DNA from: Candidatus Aldehydirespiratoraceae bacterium
Lineage (GTDB): Bacteria > Actinomycetota > Acidimicrobiia > Acidimicrobiales > Aldehydirespiratoraceae
Length of the DNA: 64,000 nucleotides
Assembly (NCBI GenBank): GCA_965204595.1
Contig: CBDBEW010000005.1
Span: forward strand, 614,565 to 678,564
Direction: 5' to 3'
The position numbers were made by a program, and so were the translations under genes. Positions 19,860-30,986 of this stretch are shown here, one piece after another. Every line of letters starts with the position of its first letter. Within the stretch, counting starts at the first letter, position 1. The notes under the pieces were generated by a model. The model ran no database searches, had not been told where the DNA came from, and worked only from the letters and a program-made list of their open reading frames with translations.

Positions 19860-22652
19860 ATGTCCGATTCCTTGCTGCCACCATTTCGCTATGACGCCAA
19901 GATGGCAAACAAAATCGAATCGCACTGGCAGAACTATTGGCGCAAGCATGGCACCTATAACGCCCCAAACCCTAAAGGAGCGTTGTCAGATGACCCACTG
20001 GGATTAACTGATCGGCAAAAATTGTTCATAATGGACATGTTTCCTTATCCTTCTGGGGTGGGTTTGCATGTTGGGCACCCCCTCGGCTTTATCGCGACCG
20101 ATGTGTACGCACGGTTTAAGCGGATGAGCGGCTACAACGTTTTGCACACGATGGGTTTTGATGCCTTTGGCTTACCCGCAGAAGAACACGCCCGTCAAAC
20201 TGGTGAGCACCCCCGCAAAAACACCGAACGCAACATCGCCAATATGCGTAGGCAGTTGCAGCGACTAGGCCTCGGACACGATGAGCGGCGAACGTTCGCC
20301 ACAACAGACCCGCCATATTATCGCTGGACACAATGGATTTTCTTGCAACTCTTCAACTCGTGGTTTGATGTTGAGCAAAATCGCGCTCGTCCAATAGGCG
20401 AACTCGTTGATGAATTTAACGAAGGCAAAAGGGCACCTCAAAACGGCCAAGATTGGTCAAATGCCGATGACACGATGCGTTTGCGTATTTTGGAGTCTTA
20501 CCGTTTGGCATATGTTGACCAAGCACCAGTCAATTGGTGCCCTGGGCTTGGAACTGTGTTGTCTAACGAAGAGGTTACCGCTGAAGGATTATCTGAAAGA
20601 GGTAACTTCGCGGTTTTTCGTCGTCCACTCAAACAGTGGATGATGCGCATAACTGCTTATGCCGATCGCTTGCTTGATGATCTAGAACTGCTTGATTGGA
20701 GTGATGCCATCAAAACCATGCAGCGCAACTGGATTGGACGCAGTTATGGTGCCTACATCAACTTTGGTACGATCAGGGTATTCACCACGCGGCCCGACAC
20801 AATATTTGGCACAAAGTTTATGGTTTTAGCTCCTGAACACCCGCTAGTAGACGAACTAACTCCACCACAATGGCCTCAAAACACTAGTGAGCAGTTGCGT
20901 GGCGGATTTTCTGACCCGCGTGCTGCGGTGGCGGCCTATCGGCAGGGTGTGGCTGCGAAGAACAACCACGAACGGCAAGACAATACAGAAAAGACCGGGA
21001 CTTTTATTGGGGCAACTTGTCGTGTTCCAGTTAATGACCGCGAGGTTCCTGTGTTCATCGCCGATTATGCGCTAATGGATTATGGCACTGGCGCGGTGAT
21101 GGGTGTGCCCGGCGAAGACCAAAGAGATTGGGATTTCGCCAAGAAATATGGATTAGACATCATCCGCACGGTGCAACCCCCAAATGATTTTAGTGGTGAA
21201 GCATATGTCGGCGAAGGTTCAGCTATAAACAGCGGTTTTTTAAACGGATTGAGCAAGGCCGAAGCCATAACCACTGCCATCGAATGGCTTGAAGAGCATG
21301 ATTTTGGCGAGGGTGCAGTCACATATAAACTGCGCGACTGGTTGTTTAGCCGTCAACGTTATTGGGGTGAACCCTTTCCAGTTGTTTTTGGTGATGATGG
21401 CCTAGCCCGTGCGCTTCCTGAGGAGCACCTTCCGGTCACCTTGCCCGAACTGATTGATTGGGCACCCAGGTCTCTGGAGGAAGATTCTGAACCTGAACCA
21501 CCGCTGGGTCGGGTATCTAAGTGGCGAGAAGTCGAACTTGATTTGGGTGAAGGTGTGAAGACTTATCAACGTGAACTGAACACCATGCCGAACTGGGCTG
21601 GGTCGTGCTGGTATTACCTGCGCTACCTTGACCCCAACAACGATTGCTCCCTTGTTGATCCCGATATTGAAAAATACTGGATGAGCAATCCTGACGACCA
21701 AGTTGGCGGGGTTGACCTTTATGTCGGTGGAGTGGAACATGCGGTTCTGCATCTGCTTTATGCCAGATTCTGGCATAAGGTTTTGCACGATCTTGGTTAT
21801 GTCAGTGGCCCCGAACCATTTAAACGGCTGATCAACCAAGGTTATATTCAAGCAGCCGCGTTCCAAGATGCCCGCGGTGCGTATGTGAGAGCCGATGAAG
21901 TGGTTGGTGATGCCCAGTCTGGTTTTGTCTTTGAGGGCACTGAAGTGACGCAAACCTTTGGCAAGATGGGGAAATCCCTTAAGAATGCGGTCACACCAGA
22001 CGACATGTATCAAGCCTACGGTGCCGACACGCTAAGACTTTATGAGATGTCGATGGGTCCCATCGACCAAGACCGTCCCTGGGAAACCCGATCGGTGGTC
22101 GGCTCGTTTCGTTTGTTGCAGCGTGTTTGGCGAAACCTCATAGATGAACAAACTGGTGATTTGTTAGTTGACCACGGCGATGCCGATGAAGTGTTGCAGC
22201 AGTTGTTGCACCAAACGATAGCTGGTGTTTCAGCAGACATGGACAACCTGCGCTTCAACACCGCAGTTGCAAAAATTACCGAACTCAACAATTTCCTAAC
22301 CAAGGACTACGCAAAGATTCCACGACAAGTTGCCGAGGCGTTGGTGCTAATGCTGGCTCCGCTGGTGCCTCATTTAGCAGAAGAGCTTTGGTCACGACTT
22401 GGCAATACGAGTTCGGTGACCCAGGAAGCGTTCCCCAAAGCTGATCCCCGCTATCTCGTGGCGCATACGATTGAGATTCCAGTGCAAGTTAACGGTAAGT
22501 TGCGAGCCAGAATTTTTGTGTCACCACAAGCAAGTGACGACGATGTTGTCAAGTTGGCACTAGCTGAAGTGAATGTGCTAGAACATATCGGCATCAAGGA
22601 AATTCGTAAAACTATTGTGGTGCCTGGCCGCATGGTGAGCTTCGTGGTCTAG
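19860..22652 (+). CDS. leuS: leucine--tRNA ligase
   Basis: About 930-aa ORF (GTG 19854 or ATG 19860). It has the HIGH motif (HVGHPLG), the KMSKS motif (KMGKSLKN) and a CP1 editing-domain insertion. Confidence 0.95.
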   Translation: MSDSLLPPFRYDAKMANKIESHWQNYWRKHGTYNAPNPKGALSDDPLGLTDRQKLFIMDMFPYPSGVGLHVGHPLGFIATDVYARFKRMSGYNVLHTMGFDAFGLPAEEHARQTGEHPRKNTERNIANMRRQLQRLGLGHDERRTFATTDPPYYRWTQWIFLQLFNSWFDVEQNRARPIGELVDEFNEGKRAPQNGQDWSNADDTMRLRILESYRLAYVDQAPVNWCPGLGTVLSNEEVTAEGLSERGNFAVFRRPLKQWMMRITAYADRLLDDLELLDWSDAIKTMQRNWIGRSYGAYINFGTIRVFTTRPDTIFGTKFMVLAPEHPLVDELTPPQWPQNTSEQLRGGFSDPRAAVAAYRQGVAAKNNHERQDNTEKTGTFIGATCRVPVNDREVPVFIADYALMDYGTGAVMGVPGEDQRDWDFAKKYGLDIIRTVQPPNDFSGEAYVGEGSAINSGFLNGLSKAEAITTAIEWLEEHDFGEGAVTYKLRDWLFSRQRYWGEPFPVVFGDDGLARALPEEHLPVTLPELIDWAPRSLEEDSEPEPPLGRVSKWREVELDLGEGVKTYQRELNTMPNWAGSCWYYLRYLDPNNDCSLVDPDIEKYWMSNPDDQVGGVDLYVGGVEHAVLHLLYARFWHKVLHDLGYVSGPEPFKRLINQGYIQAAAFQDARGAYVRADEVVGDAQSGFVFEGTEVTQTFGKMGKSLKNAVTPDDMYQAYGADTLRLYEMSMGPIDQDRPWETRSVVGSFRLLQRVWRNLIDEQTGDLLVDHGDADEVLQQLLHQTIAGVSADMDNLRFNTAVAKITELNNFLTKDYAKIPRQVAEALVLMLAPLVPHLAEELWSRLGNTSSVTQEAFPKADPRYLVAHTIEIPVQVNGKLRARIFVSPQASDDDVVKLALAEVNVLEHIGIKEIRKTIVVPGRMVSFVV

Positions 22653-23402
22653 TAGCCATTCGTTGATAGGCGTACCGTTCTCATCAGCTTCTTCAATTGG
22701 GATGCTTGTGTCAACTGTGCCCTCAAGCCTTGATATCGATGCCCAAGCGCGTTCTCGTTCTGCGCGTTCGAGATATTTGGTGGCTAGTTTATTGTCGCAG
22801 CGTTTAGCGCAAGATTCGGCGCGCTTTAGGTACTTCTTGTTCCGCCTGTCGTTTCCTCGCGCCGCGAACTGTGACACGGAATAAAACATGCCACCGTGTT
22901 GGTTTTCTGGCGCAAGACCTTGTGATTTGAATTGATGGTGAACGTAATGCAACTTTGTTCGCATCGTCTCCAAGTGTTTTTCTTCTGTGCGTGCTCGACG
23001 CAACAATTCCTTACGTTCCTTATAGTGTTTGGCGTTCTCAGCTTTTAGTTCAAGTTTGGTGACTTGGTACATTAAGTATCTGACAGCAAATTCGTTGTAG
23101 CATAACCGTTCCTTCATGTCAAAAGGTATGACCCTCTTTGCAGTTACAGTCTTCGTGACGATCCGCAAACGGTACCTGGCCAGGAAATCAAGCGCAAGTC
23201 CTGCTAGCCAAGCCGCTATCCAGAATTCCCACCAATCTAGGAGACCAGCGAACGTCAATATTCCTAATATGGTCGCGGCAGTCAACATCACCACACCCAT
23301 CACATAAGCTATCAATGCTAAATTGTCTTGAGCAAAACTAGCTCGGTGACCATCCGGCCAGCAAACTCTATTCGCTAAACCCAACATGGCTCCACTCACC
23401 AC
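22578..23402 (-). CDS. hypothetical membrane-anchored coiled-coil protein
   Basis: 274-aa ORF with two N-terminal TM segments and a Lys/Arg/Glu-rich helical region. The 3' end overlaps the leuS 3' end by 75 nt (convergent). It directly abuts the upstream gene (stop 23403, start 23402). Confidence 0.45.
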   Translation of the reverse strand: MVSGAMLGLANRVCWPDGHRASFAQDNLALIAYVMGVVMLTAATILGILTFAGLLDWWEFWIAAWLAGLALDFLARYRLRIVTKTVTAKRVIPFDMKERLCYNEFAVRYLMYQVTKLELKAENAKHYKERKELLRRARTEEKHLETMRTKLHYVHHQFKSQGLAPENQHGGMFYSVSQFAARGNDRRNKKYLKRAESCAKRCDNKLATKYLERAERERAWASISRLEGTVDTSIPIEEADENGTPINEWLLDHEAHHAARHHNSFTNFLDADMF

Positions 23403-24236
23403 CTAACAACCAACCCTCACCCTCGGATTGCAACTGGGTGTGAATTTACGCTTCGAGGACTTATTTTCGTTTGAATTTTGGCTCAACTTACGAACAATTC
23501 GAGTTGCGGTAGCTATGCATTGTGTTTGTTGGCACACGTTATAGGCTGTGTACAGCTTAGGAGTTAGTAACGCAACCCTGAATGCCAAAGGCACGAATAT
23601 GGCAATCCATGCAGGGTCGGCAACTACTGGATACACTGCATTCTTATGCTCGACGGTCTGAATTAGAGTAGAACCATCAAGCCGGTAGCTTGTTGGCACT
23701 GCATTGCCTGTTGAGTCGAACGCCCATGGTGCAGCAATACCGCCGGATTCTCTGTTAAAATTGTCGTAGAATCTAATTGAGCCATCAGCAAGCGGTTTGG
23801 CAGAATAGCCCGCGGGTATCGCGTTATCAAAGTGATATTCAGTAGCGGCTTGGTTGTTTGCGATTTGAATAAGCGCAGCCAGATATGAATTATCGGTTGG
23901 CTTAACAATAATCAATTCGGCATTATCGTCGTCAACAACCACATCAATCTTGGACGGAATGTTCACACCGGGTACCCATACCGTGTCAAACGTTGGTATG
24001 CCTGTATTGCCGACCGGTCCAATCTGCCGATCATCTTCAAGGGCATCATTTGCTGGTGATTCTGTTTCGGTAAGCACGACATCGTTGATGGTGGCTGGCT
24101 GGTTAGTGTCGGGTTCAGCTTGATGTCTATCGGGATCCATGTCAGTTGCAGCAGTTGGTACAGCTATTGCAAGAGTCGCTATTATGGAAAATGCTGACAA
24201 AGACCGTAAGCAACGAAAGAATGATCTCCGCTTCAT
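23403..24236 (-). CDS. hypothetical secreted protein
   Basis: 277-aa ORF with an N-terminal signal-like segment (SAFSIIATLAIAVPTAA). No family recognised. Confidence 0.5.
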   Translation of the reverse strand: MKRRSFFRCLRSLSAFSIIATLAIAVPTAATDMDPDRHQAEPDTNQPATINDVVLTETESPANDALEDDRQIGPVGNTGIPTFDTVWVPGVNIPSKIDVVVDDDNAELIIVKPTDNSYLAALIQIANNQAATEYHFDNAIPAGYSAKPLADGSIRFYDNFNRESGGIAAPWAFDSTGNAVPTSYRLDGSTLIQTVEHKNAVYPVVADPAWIAIFVPLAFRVALLTPKLYTAYNVCQQTQCIATATRIVRKLSQNSNENKSSKRKFTPSCNPRVRVGC

Positions 24237-24505
24237 ATAGGTGCCTCTATTAAAGTTTTCACATTATCATACATACTGATTTTGTTGTGTGCAAATTACG
24301 CGATTTACCTCAGATTCTGTGTTGCGCCTGCAACCTTTCCCGAAACGACTCAGTGTTGAAATCCGATGTTTGCTGACTGATGGTAGTGTGATGGGGTGAG
24401 CGATTCTCTCCAATTTTGCCAATCCCACGTTATCGGACAGTGACTGCTCCTGACCTGCCCAAATCTGGCTCAAGCAGCGTTCTGCCCGTGCCGGGTGCCC
24501 ACGAG

Positions 24506-27500
24506 ATGCTTGAACGGTTGCGATTACTGCTGCGCGAGATGTTCCAACTTGATCGCGGCGACCTGGACTTCGGTTTGTACCGGATCATGAACTTAAAGGC
24601 GGCGCAGGTTGCTGAGTTCCTAGACAACGACCTGCTACCGCAGGTGCAACAGTCCCTGCAACTCGCCGGCAATCAGGAGCACGCTAATCTGGAGAAAGAG
24701 TTGGAGGAGGCCCTCGCCGACCTTGGACGGTTGGGTGTCGATCCCGAGGCTGGGCACTCGTCGAAGATCACCGAATTGAATCACAGGCTTACTGAGATCA
24801 AGAAGGATTCCGGTACCGAAGCCGATGTCTACAACCATCTCGCTAACTTCTTTTCCCGCTATTACGTTCAGGGCGACTACATCTCCCAGCGCCGCTACTC
24901 AAGCGGTGGTAGATCTTCCTATCTCATTCCGTACGACGGTGAGGAGTTGAAGCTGCACTGGGCCAACTCTGACCAGTACTACGTCAAGACCACGGACAAC
25001 TATACGGCCTATGCCTTCACGGTCGGGGCTGGAAGCACAACCCGAAGGGTGCGATTTGAAATCGCAGCAGCTGACAATCAACGAGACGACATCAAGGATC
25101 CCGATGGCAAGCAGCGCCGTTTTGTGCCCGCCCGAGGCGGGAACGCCATCGTGATGGAAGGGGAGGACCTAGTCATCCGTTTTGAGCACCGGCCGTTGAC
25201 CGAGGGCGAGAAGAAGTCCTATCCCGGCAACGGTTCCACGCAGCAAAGCCGTATCAACGAAGCGATGGTGGCACAGGTACTGAAAGCCGTCACCGATAAC
25301 TGGCAGGCTCATTTGACCGCCGCAGACCCCACCGAGACCAACGGTGGGCGCATGTTGCTGGCCAAACATGTCGAGCGTTACACCGCGAAAAATAGTTTCG
25401 ACTACTTCATTCACAAGGACCTGGGAGGGTTTCTGCGCCGCGAATTGGATCTATACCTAAAGACGGACGTGTTGAACCTTGACGATCTAGAGCAGGGCGA
25501 TGCGGCCCGACTCAATCGGGCACTGGCCCGGGTACGAGCAGTCCGCCACATCGGCGGGAAGATCATAGACCTACTAGCCCAACTCGAAGAGTTCCAAAAG
25601 CGGCTCTGGTTGAAGAAGAAGTTCGTGCTCGAAACCAACTGGTGCGTTACCTTGGATCGCGTCCCCGATGAGATGCACGCCGAGATCGCTACGAACACCG
25701 CCCAGTGCGATGAATGGGTTGAACTATACACCATCGATGAGGTCGAGGGTGACTTGACAAACGGCAATCTGACTTGGAGTAATCCGCCGAGCACAACGTT
25801 CCTGAAAGCCAATCCTTACCTCGTGCTCGACACTAAGCACTTCAACCGTGAATTCACCGACCGCCTGCTGGCATCACTCTCTGATGCGGGGCCGCTAGAC
25901 GAGCAAACGGACGGGTTACTCGTGCATGGTGAGAACTTTCAGGCGCTGAACTTGTTGCAGGCAAGATACCGAGAGCAAGTACAGTGCATCTACATTGACC
26001 CGCCTTACAACACGGGTACTGATGGATTCTTGTACAAGGACCAGTACAAGCATTCATCATGGATTTCAATGTTCTCAGACCGCGCCAAAGTTGCCAGACA
26101 ACTACAATCAGCTAGGGGTGTTTTCTTCTTCTCTATTGACGAGACAGAATGTGCTCGCGCCTGGCAATGTATGGAACAACTCTATGGTGTCGAGAACTTT
26201 GCTTCAGAGATTATCTGGGAAAAGAAGAAGAAGCCATCTTTTCTCCACCGCAACGTAGGTAAGCTCACAGATTTTATTCTGGCGTTTAATAAGCAGGCAA
26301 CATCGAGTCCGCCTTACTCCGTAGAAAGCACTACCGAGAACAAGCTCACACCACTGAATAATGCTGGCAACCAACTCGGCGTTCTGAAGTTTCCCGCAGA
26401 TTCCGTGAGATTTGGTTGCGAAGATGGAACTATTCGTGCTCAAGACATGTCAAAGGGCAACGTAGTGACACGCCTATTGGATGATGTAACTATCCGCAAT
26501 GGATCGAACGATAATGACTTCCAGATGGAAGGTGAGTGGAGGTATTCTCAAGCGAAACTGGATGAAGTGCTACAGACCGGCGAAAAATTGTACATAAATG
26601 GGGTTCCCTTTAGGCCAAACCATATCAAACCTGGAGGCAAAATCAAAAAGATGAAAAATATTCTGTCTCCAGATCACTATGGAATGGAGACGAACGAAGA
26701 TGCCTCTCAACAGATCCGCGACCTATTCGGTAATGATGCCTTCATCAATCCAAAACCGGAGAGACTAATGAGACACTTAGTCAAGAGTGTCACTCACGGC
26801 ATGAATGACGTAGTTGTGCTGGACTATTTTGCTGGTTCCGGTACGACTGGACATTCTGTAATAAACCTCAATCGTGAGGACCATTGTCACCGAAAATACA
26901 TCCTCGTAGAGATGGCCGACTACTTCGATACGGTCTTGTTGCCTCGCCTCAAGAAGATTATCTACTCGCCCGATTGGAAGAGCGGCAACCCAGTGAGCCG
27001 TGCAGGCAGCAGCCAGTTGCTAAAGTACGTTCGTCTGGAGGGGTACGAAGACACCCTAGACAGCCTCGAAGTCGCGTCGCTTTCGGATGGGCAGATGGAA
27101 TTGCTAGGCAGGAATCCTGACTTGGCTGAGGATTACCGGCTTCGCTACGCGCTTGATATTGAGACGACTGGTAGTGCTTGCTTGCTCGGTGATGAGCTAA
27201 CGGAACCGTTCTCCTACACGCTTTCTGTAGTACGAGATGGTGCGCGCCGGGAGGTCCAAGTGGACTTGCCCGAGACCTTCAACTACCTGATCGGCCTACG
27301 AATGGAGTCCCGCCGTCGAATCGACGGAATCCTGGCCATCACAGGGACAGATCCCGAAGGGCGTAGGTGTCTGGTGCTGTGGCGCAACCTCACGGAAATG
27401 AATCACTTGGCCTTGGACGCTTGGTTTCAGACCCACAGAGACCAATTTTCAGAGTCTCCAAATATTGTCTACGTGAACGGCGATCACACACTTCACGCGA

Positions 27501-27577
27501 CTCGTGAAGCAGACGAGAACTGGACTGTGAAGAACATCGAACCGATCTTCCGTCAATTGATGTTTGAAATGACGTGA
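24506..27577 (+). CDS. type III-like N6-adenine/N4-cytosine DNA methyltransferase (Mod) with long N- and C-terminal extensions
   Basis: ORF 24416..27577 (TTG); the ATG at 24506 is preferred. Motif IV (YIDPPYNTG) precedes motif I (VLDYFAGSGTTGH), which is the beta-class order. HGENFQALNLL, FFFSIDE and NFASEIIWEK blocks are typical of PF01555-type Mod proteins. About 480 aa upstream of the catalytic core and about 200 aa downstream are unassigned. Confidence 0.8.
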   Translation: MLERLRLLLREMFQLDRGDLDFGLYRIMNLKAAQVAEFLDNDLLPQVQQSLQLAGNQEHANLEKELEEALADLGRLGVDPEAGHSSKITELNHRLTEIKKDSGTEADVYNHLANFFSRYYVQGDYISQRRYSSGGRSSYLIPYDGEELKLHWANSDQYYVKTTDNYTAYAFTVGAGSTTRRVRFEIAAADNQRDDIKDPDGKQRRFVPARGGNAIVMEGEDLVIRFEHRPLTEGEKKSYPGNGSTQQSRINEAMVAQVLKAVTDNWQAHLTAADPTETNGGRMLLAKHVERYTAKNSFDYFIHKDLGGFLRRELDLYLKTDVLNLDDLEQGDAARLNRALARVRAVRHIGGKIIDLLAQLEEFQKRLWLKKKFVLETNWCVTLDRVPDEMHAEIATNTAQCDEWVELYTIDEVEGDLTNGNLTWSNPPSTTFLKANPYLVLDTKHFNREFTDRLLASLSDAGPLDEQTDGLLVHGENFQALNLLQARYREQVQCIYIDPPYNTGTDGFLYKDQYKHSSWISMFSDRAKVARQLQSARGVFFFSIDETECARAWQCMEQLYGVENFASEIIWEKKKKPSFLHRNVGKLTDFILAFNKQATSSPPYSVESTTENKLTPLNNAGNQLGVLKFPADSVRFGCEDGTIRAQDMSKGNVVTRLLDDVTIRNGSNDNDFQMEGEWRYSQAKLDEVLQTGEKLYINGVPFRPNHIKPGGKIKKMKNILSPDHYGMETNEDASQQIRDLFGNDAFINPKPERLMRHLVKSVTHGMNDVVVLDYFAGSGTTGHSVINLNREDHCHRKYILVEMADYFDTVLLPRLKKIIYSPDWKSGNPVSRAGSSQLLKYVRLEGYEDTLDSLEVASLSDGQMELLGRNPDLAEDYRLRYALDIETTGSACLLGDELTEPFSYTLSVVRDGARREVQVDLPETFNYLIGLRMESRRRIDGILAITGTDPEGRRCLVLWRNLTEMNHLALDAWFQTHRDQFSESPNIVYVNGDHTLHATREADENWTVKNIEPIFRQLMFEMT

Positions 27578-27580
27578 TCG

Positions 27581-30500
27581 ATGACTCAAAGTGGTGCGAC
27601 CGTCCTTGAGAACCGCCTAGTCCTGCACCGCTTTGTCTGTCAGGAGTTCGGATACGACGACTTGGGCGCGATGCTTGACCAACTGAACCAGGTGCGACCC
27701 GAACTAGGGTTCATCGGTGAAAGCGACTACGTCCAAGCGCTACGACTGCACAGTAAACGCGCCAAAATCCGTGTGGGACCCATGGAACTGGCTGAGTACG
27801 ACAGGAACATCGCGACGCACAGTCGCGAGTTGCGAATCACTCTAGAACATGGTCGAACCTGGAAGCCTCATCAATACCTGGCTCTGTTGTTTACCGAACA
27901 CTACTTGAGCCGCTACTTCGATGACCCTGAAGCACTCCGAAACGATCTAAACGACAAAAAGAGCAGCCACCGACTCACGAGTTTGATGCCGGACTACGAA
28001 CCGAACGACCTGCGTACGCTGGCCTTCCAGAGTGCCACCGGCTCGGGCAAGACGCTGCTGATGCACACCCACATCCTGCAATACCGGCACTACCTAGCTC
28101 GGGCCGGCGGTCGGCTCAACAACGTAGTGCTAGTGACACCCAACGAACAGATGTCGTCGCAGCATCAGCGCGAGATGCAAAGCAGCGGTATCCCCGCTCG
28201 CCTGTTCTCCATTGAGGCTGGCTCCGAGCTATTTTCCCCGGTCGAGATTATCGACGTGAACAAACTGGCCGAGAAGCAAGGCGTTAAACGAGTGGCGGTG
28301 GCGGACTTCGGCGACGATAATCTGGTGCTGGTGGACGAGGGCCATCTGGGTACGTCGGGCAAGGTGTGGCGGGAGCGGCGGCGAGAACTGGGGACCGGCG
28401 GGTTCACATTCGAGTACTCGGCCACCTTCAACCAAGTGGTGAACAAGAAGGAGGCAGACCTGCTCAACGCCTACGGCAGATGTCTGCTATTCGACTACTC
28501 CTACCGCCGGTTCTATGAGGACGGCTACGGCAAGGATTCCGTTATTCTGAACCTTCCAGGTGGTGCCGAAGACGAGAACAGCGACATGTACTTGCTCGGC
28601 TGCCTGTTGACTTTCTTCCAGCAGTGCCAAATCTGGGAGAACAACGCCAGAGTTTGGGAGGCGTACAATCCGGCAAAGCCGCTATGGGTGTTCCTAGGCA
28701 AGACGGTGACAGGATCAAGCCGAGCCGACAAGGCGACTCGGTCCGACGTGATCCAGATCGTGGATTTCCTCGGTCGGGTGCTAGCGCATCGTGACCAAGT
28801 GCTACCGATGATTGAACTACTGCTGGCTGGGCAGTCTGGCTTACTGGACGATGCGGGCGGCGATTTTTTTCGCGGCCGATTCTCACACCTGAAACAGGGC
28901 AGACCCGAAGCCCTCTACGCCGACCTGTGTGAGACGGTTTTCAACGGGTCGGGACGATTGCACGTCGCCTATCTGACCCAGGGCGAGGGGGAACTTCATC
29001 TTCGAACCACCGACAACGAACCCTTCGGCGTGATTAACGTCGGAGACTCGGCATCACTCTACAAGTTGCTTTCCGAGAGACCCGACTCCGACTTCGATGT
29101 CCGAAAGGAGATGGGCTTCGAAGCTCGGCTCTTTGCCGATGTAGACCGGCCGGACTCAACGGTGAACGTTGTCATCGGTGCCCGGCGTTTCATCGCGGGA
29201 TGGAATTCTTGGCGGGTTAGCACCATGGGACTCATGCATGTGGGTGTGGGGGAGGGACCCGAGATCATTCAGATGTTCGGTCGAGGCATCCGGTTGAGGG
29301 GCCGGAACATGAGCCTGAAACGCCATCGGGAGACGGATACAGACTTTCCTCCCTTAAGCGATCAATTACTGGAACTTGAGAAGCTGTACATCTTCGGCCT
29401 TCGGGCAAACTACATGCAGACCTTCCGGGACTTGCTGCGAATGGGAGGGGTTAGGATCGAGCAGGATACCTTCACCCTACCCGTCACCTGGAACTTCGCG
29501 CAGACAAGTGATCTGAAACTGATCCGACTGAAACAAGGCCGGAAATACGATGTCTGCAAGGAGAGGCCGGTGCTTCCGGCCCCCAACGGCGAGGACCGAC
29601 CCGCCATAGTGACCCTAGACCTTTATTCGCGGCTCCAGTCCATCACGTCCCAGGATGGCTCAAACGGTGCCAATATGGACAAGATCACGTTCGGAAGGCT
29701 CCCGGACTACGCAGCCTTCTTCGACATCGTGCGTATATTAGACCGGCTGCTGTCGCGGAAACAGCAGAAAGGATGGAGCAACCTCGTCATCGAGAGAGAG
29801 ACCGTGGAACAGTTGCTGCAATCCAAGAATTGGTACGAACTCTACTTGCCGCCCGATCGCCAAGACATCTTCGGATTCGACCAGGTGCGAGCACTGGAGG
29901 ACATCGCCGTCGAGTTGATCACCGAATACGCCGACCGCTTCTGGCGCAAGAAGCGACGCAATTGGGAACACGACCAGATTGAGGTCATGACGCTCGGCGA
30001 GGACGACCCCAACAGGATCCATGATTACAAGCTGTCGGTCGATGCTACCAAGGACCAGTTGGTGGAAGAAGCGGTCGCCCTTGCTCGAACGCTCAAGGAG
30101 AACGATCCAGACAACCTGAAGGCTTGGTATGAGCACCTAGAGATCGGCACTATCCAGGTGAGTTCCCACGCATACCAGCCCCTGCTCTACGCTAAGGAAA
30201 CCCGTGTCATCGCGATTCAGCCCGTCCCCATTAACGAGAGCGAAAAGCGCGTGGTCGAGGACTTAGCGGGGCTGGCTGAGCGCGATGACCCTTGCCTGCA
30301 GGGCAAGGAATTGTTCGTCATCCGCAACCTCACCGGGGGTCGCGGGGTGTCGTTCTTCGACGACTTCGGTTACTACCCCGACTTCATTGTCTGGCTGCGA
30401 GACGAAAGCTCCCAACACGTTTTGTTTCTCGATCCCAAAGGGTTGGCCCGGTTCGGGCGGAAGGAGCGCAGGAAGGTCAAACTACACCACGAAATCGCCG

Positions 30501-30694
30501 AAACTGGGAACCGGGTGCGAACGGAAGACCCGAACCTGGAACTACACGCCTACGTGCTTTCGGTGACACCAGCTTCCGAGATCGATGACGGAAACCGCAC
30601 CTTAGAACAATGGAAACGGGACGGCGTTTATTTTTTGAACGACCCCGATTGCCTGCAACAGGTGATCAAGCATGCTCTCACTCGTACCAAATAA
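27581..30694 (+). CDS. type III-like restriction subunit (Res): SF2 helicase + C-terminal PD-(D/E)xK nuclease
   Basis: 1037-aa ORF starting 4 nt after the Mod stop. It has Walker A (ATGSGKT), a DEAH-like box (LVDEGH) and motif VI (QMFGRGIRLRG). The C-terminal YYPDFIVW...VLFLDPKG fits a PD...D-x-K nuclease. Confidence 0.8.
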   Translation: MTQSGATVLENRLVLHRFVCQEFGYDDLGAMLDQLNQVRPELGFIGESDYVQALRLHSKRAKIRVGPMELAEYDRNIATHSRELRITLEHGRTWKPHQYLALLFTEHYLSRYFDDPEALRNDLNDKKSSHRLTSLMPDYEPNDLRTLAFQSATGSGKTLLMHTHILQYRHYLARAGGRLNNVVLVTPNEQMSSQHQREMQSSGIPARLFSIEAGSELFSPVEIIDVNKLAEKQGVKRVAVADFGDDNLVLVDEGHLGTSGKVWRERRRELGTGGFTFEYSATFNQVVNKKEADLLNAYGRCLLFDYSYRRFYEDGYGKDSVILNLPGGAEDENSDMYLLGCLLTFFQQCQIWENNARVWEAYNPAKPLWVFLGKTVTGSSRADKATRSDVIQIVDFLGRVLAHRDQVLPMIELLLAGQSGLLDDAGGDFFRGRFSHLKQGRPEALYADLCETVFNGSGRLHVAYLTQGEGELHLRTTDNEPFGVINVGDSASLYKLLSERPDSDFDVRKEMGFEARLFADVDRPDSTVNVVIGARRFIAGWNSWRVSTMGLMHVGVGEGPEIIQMFGRGIRLRGRNMSLKRHRETDTDFPPLSDQLLELEKLYIFGLRANYMQTFRDLLRMGGVRIEQDTFTLPVTWNFAQTSDLKLIRLKQGRKYDVCKERPVLPAPNGEDRPAIVTLDLYSRLQSITSQDGSNGANMDKITFGRLPDYAAFFDIVRILDRLLSRKQQKGWSNLVIERETVEQLLQSKNWYELYLPPDRQDIFGFDQVRALEDIAVELITEYADRFWRKKRRNWEHDQIEVMTLGEDDPNRIHDYKLSVDATKDQLVEEAVALARTLKENDPDNLKAWYEHLEIGTIQVSSHAYQPLLYAKETRVIAIQPVPINESEKRVVEDLAGLAERDDPCLQGKELFVIRNLTGGRGVSFFDDFGYYPDFIVWLRDESSQHVLFLDPKGLARFGRKERRKVKLHHEIAETGNRVRTEDPNLELHAYVLSVTPASEIDDGNRTLEQWKRDGVYFLNDPDCLQQVIKHALTRTK

Positions 30695-30986
30695 CCGGCC
30701 ACACGCCTCAACCTCTTCCAATCTGGCAATCAGTTCGTTCGCGGGAGAAATTTAACGATCAACACCGATCCTGCGGTTTTTGGTTCCTTCAATGCTGAAA
30801 TCGGGGATGCCTCGTGGTCAACTACAGATACTCACCGGAACACCGTCACTACCAGCTAATTTCCGAAGAACTTGCTAGCCTCAATCGAGCGAAAAACGTG
30901 TCCGAAGGAAGAATACCCAAACTTTGTAATCTTAACCTTGACATCAGAGAATCTGGCAAATATCGGGAAGTAACGAGGAGGCATCT

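Noticed and set aside
15040-22013. Numerous antisense or out-of-frame ORFs inside the corrinoid operon and leuS (for example 17045..17623 +, 17633..17980 +, 19138..19563 + and 21402..22013 -).
   Set aside because: They lie entirely within strongly supported genes on the other strand and have low-complexity, Ser/Arg/Pro-rich translations.
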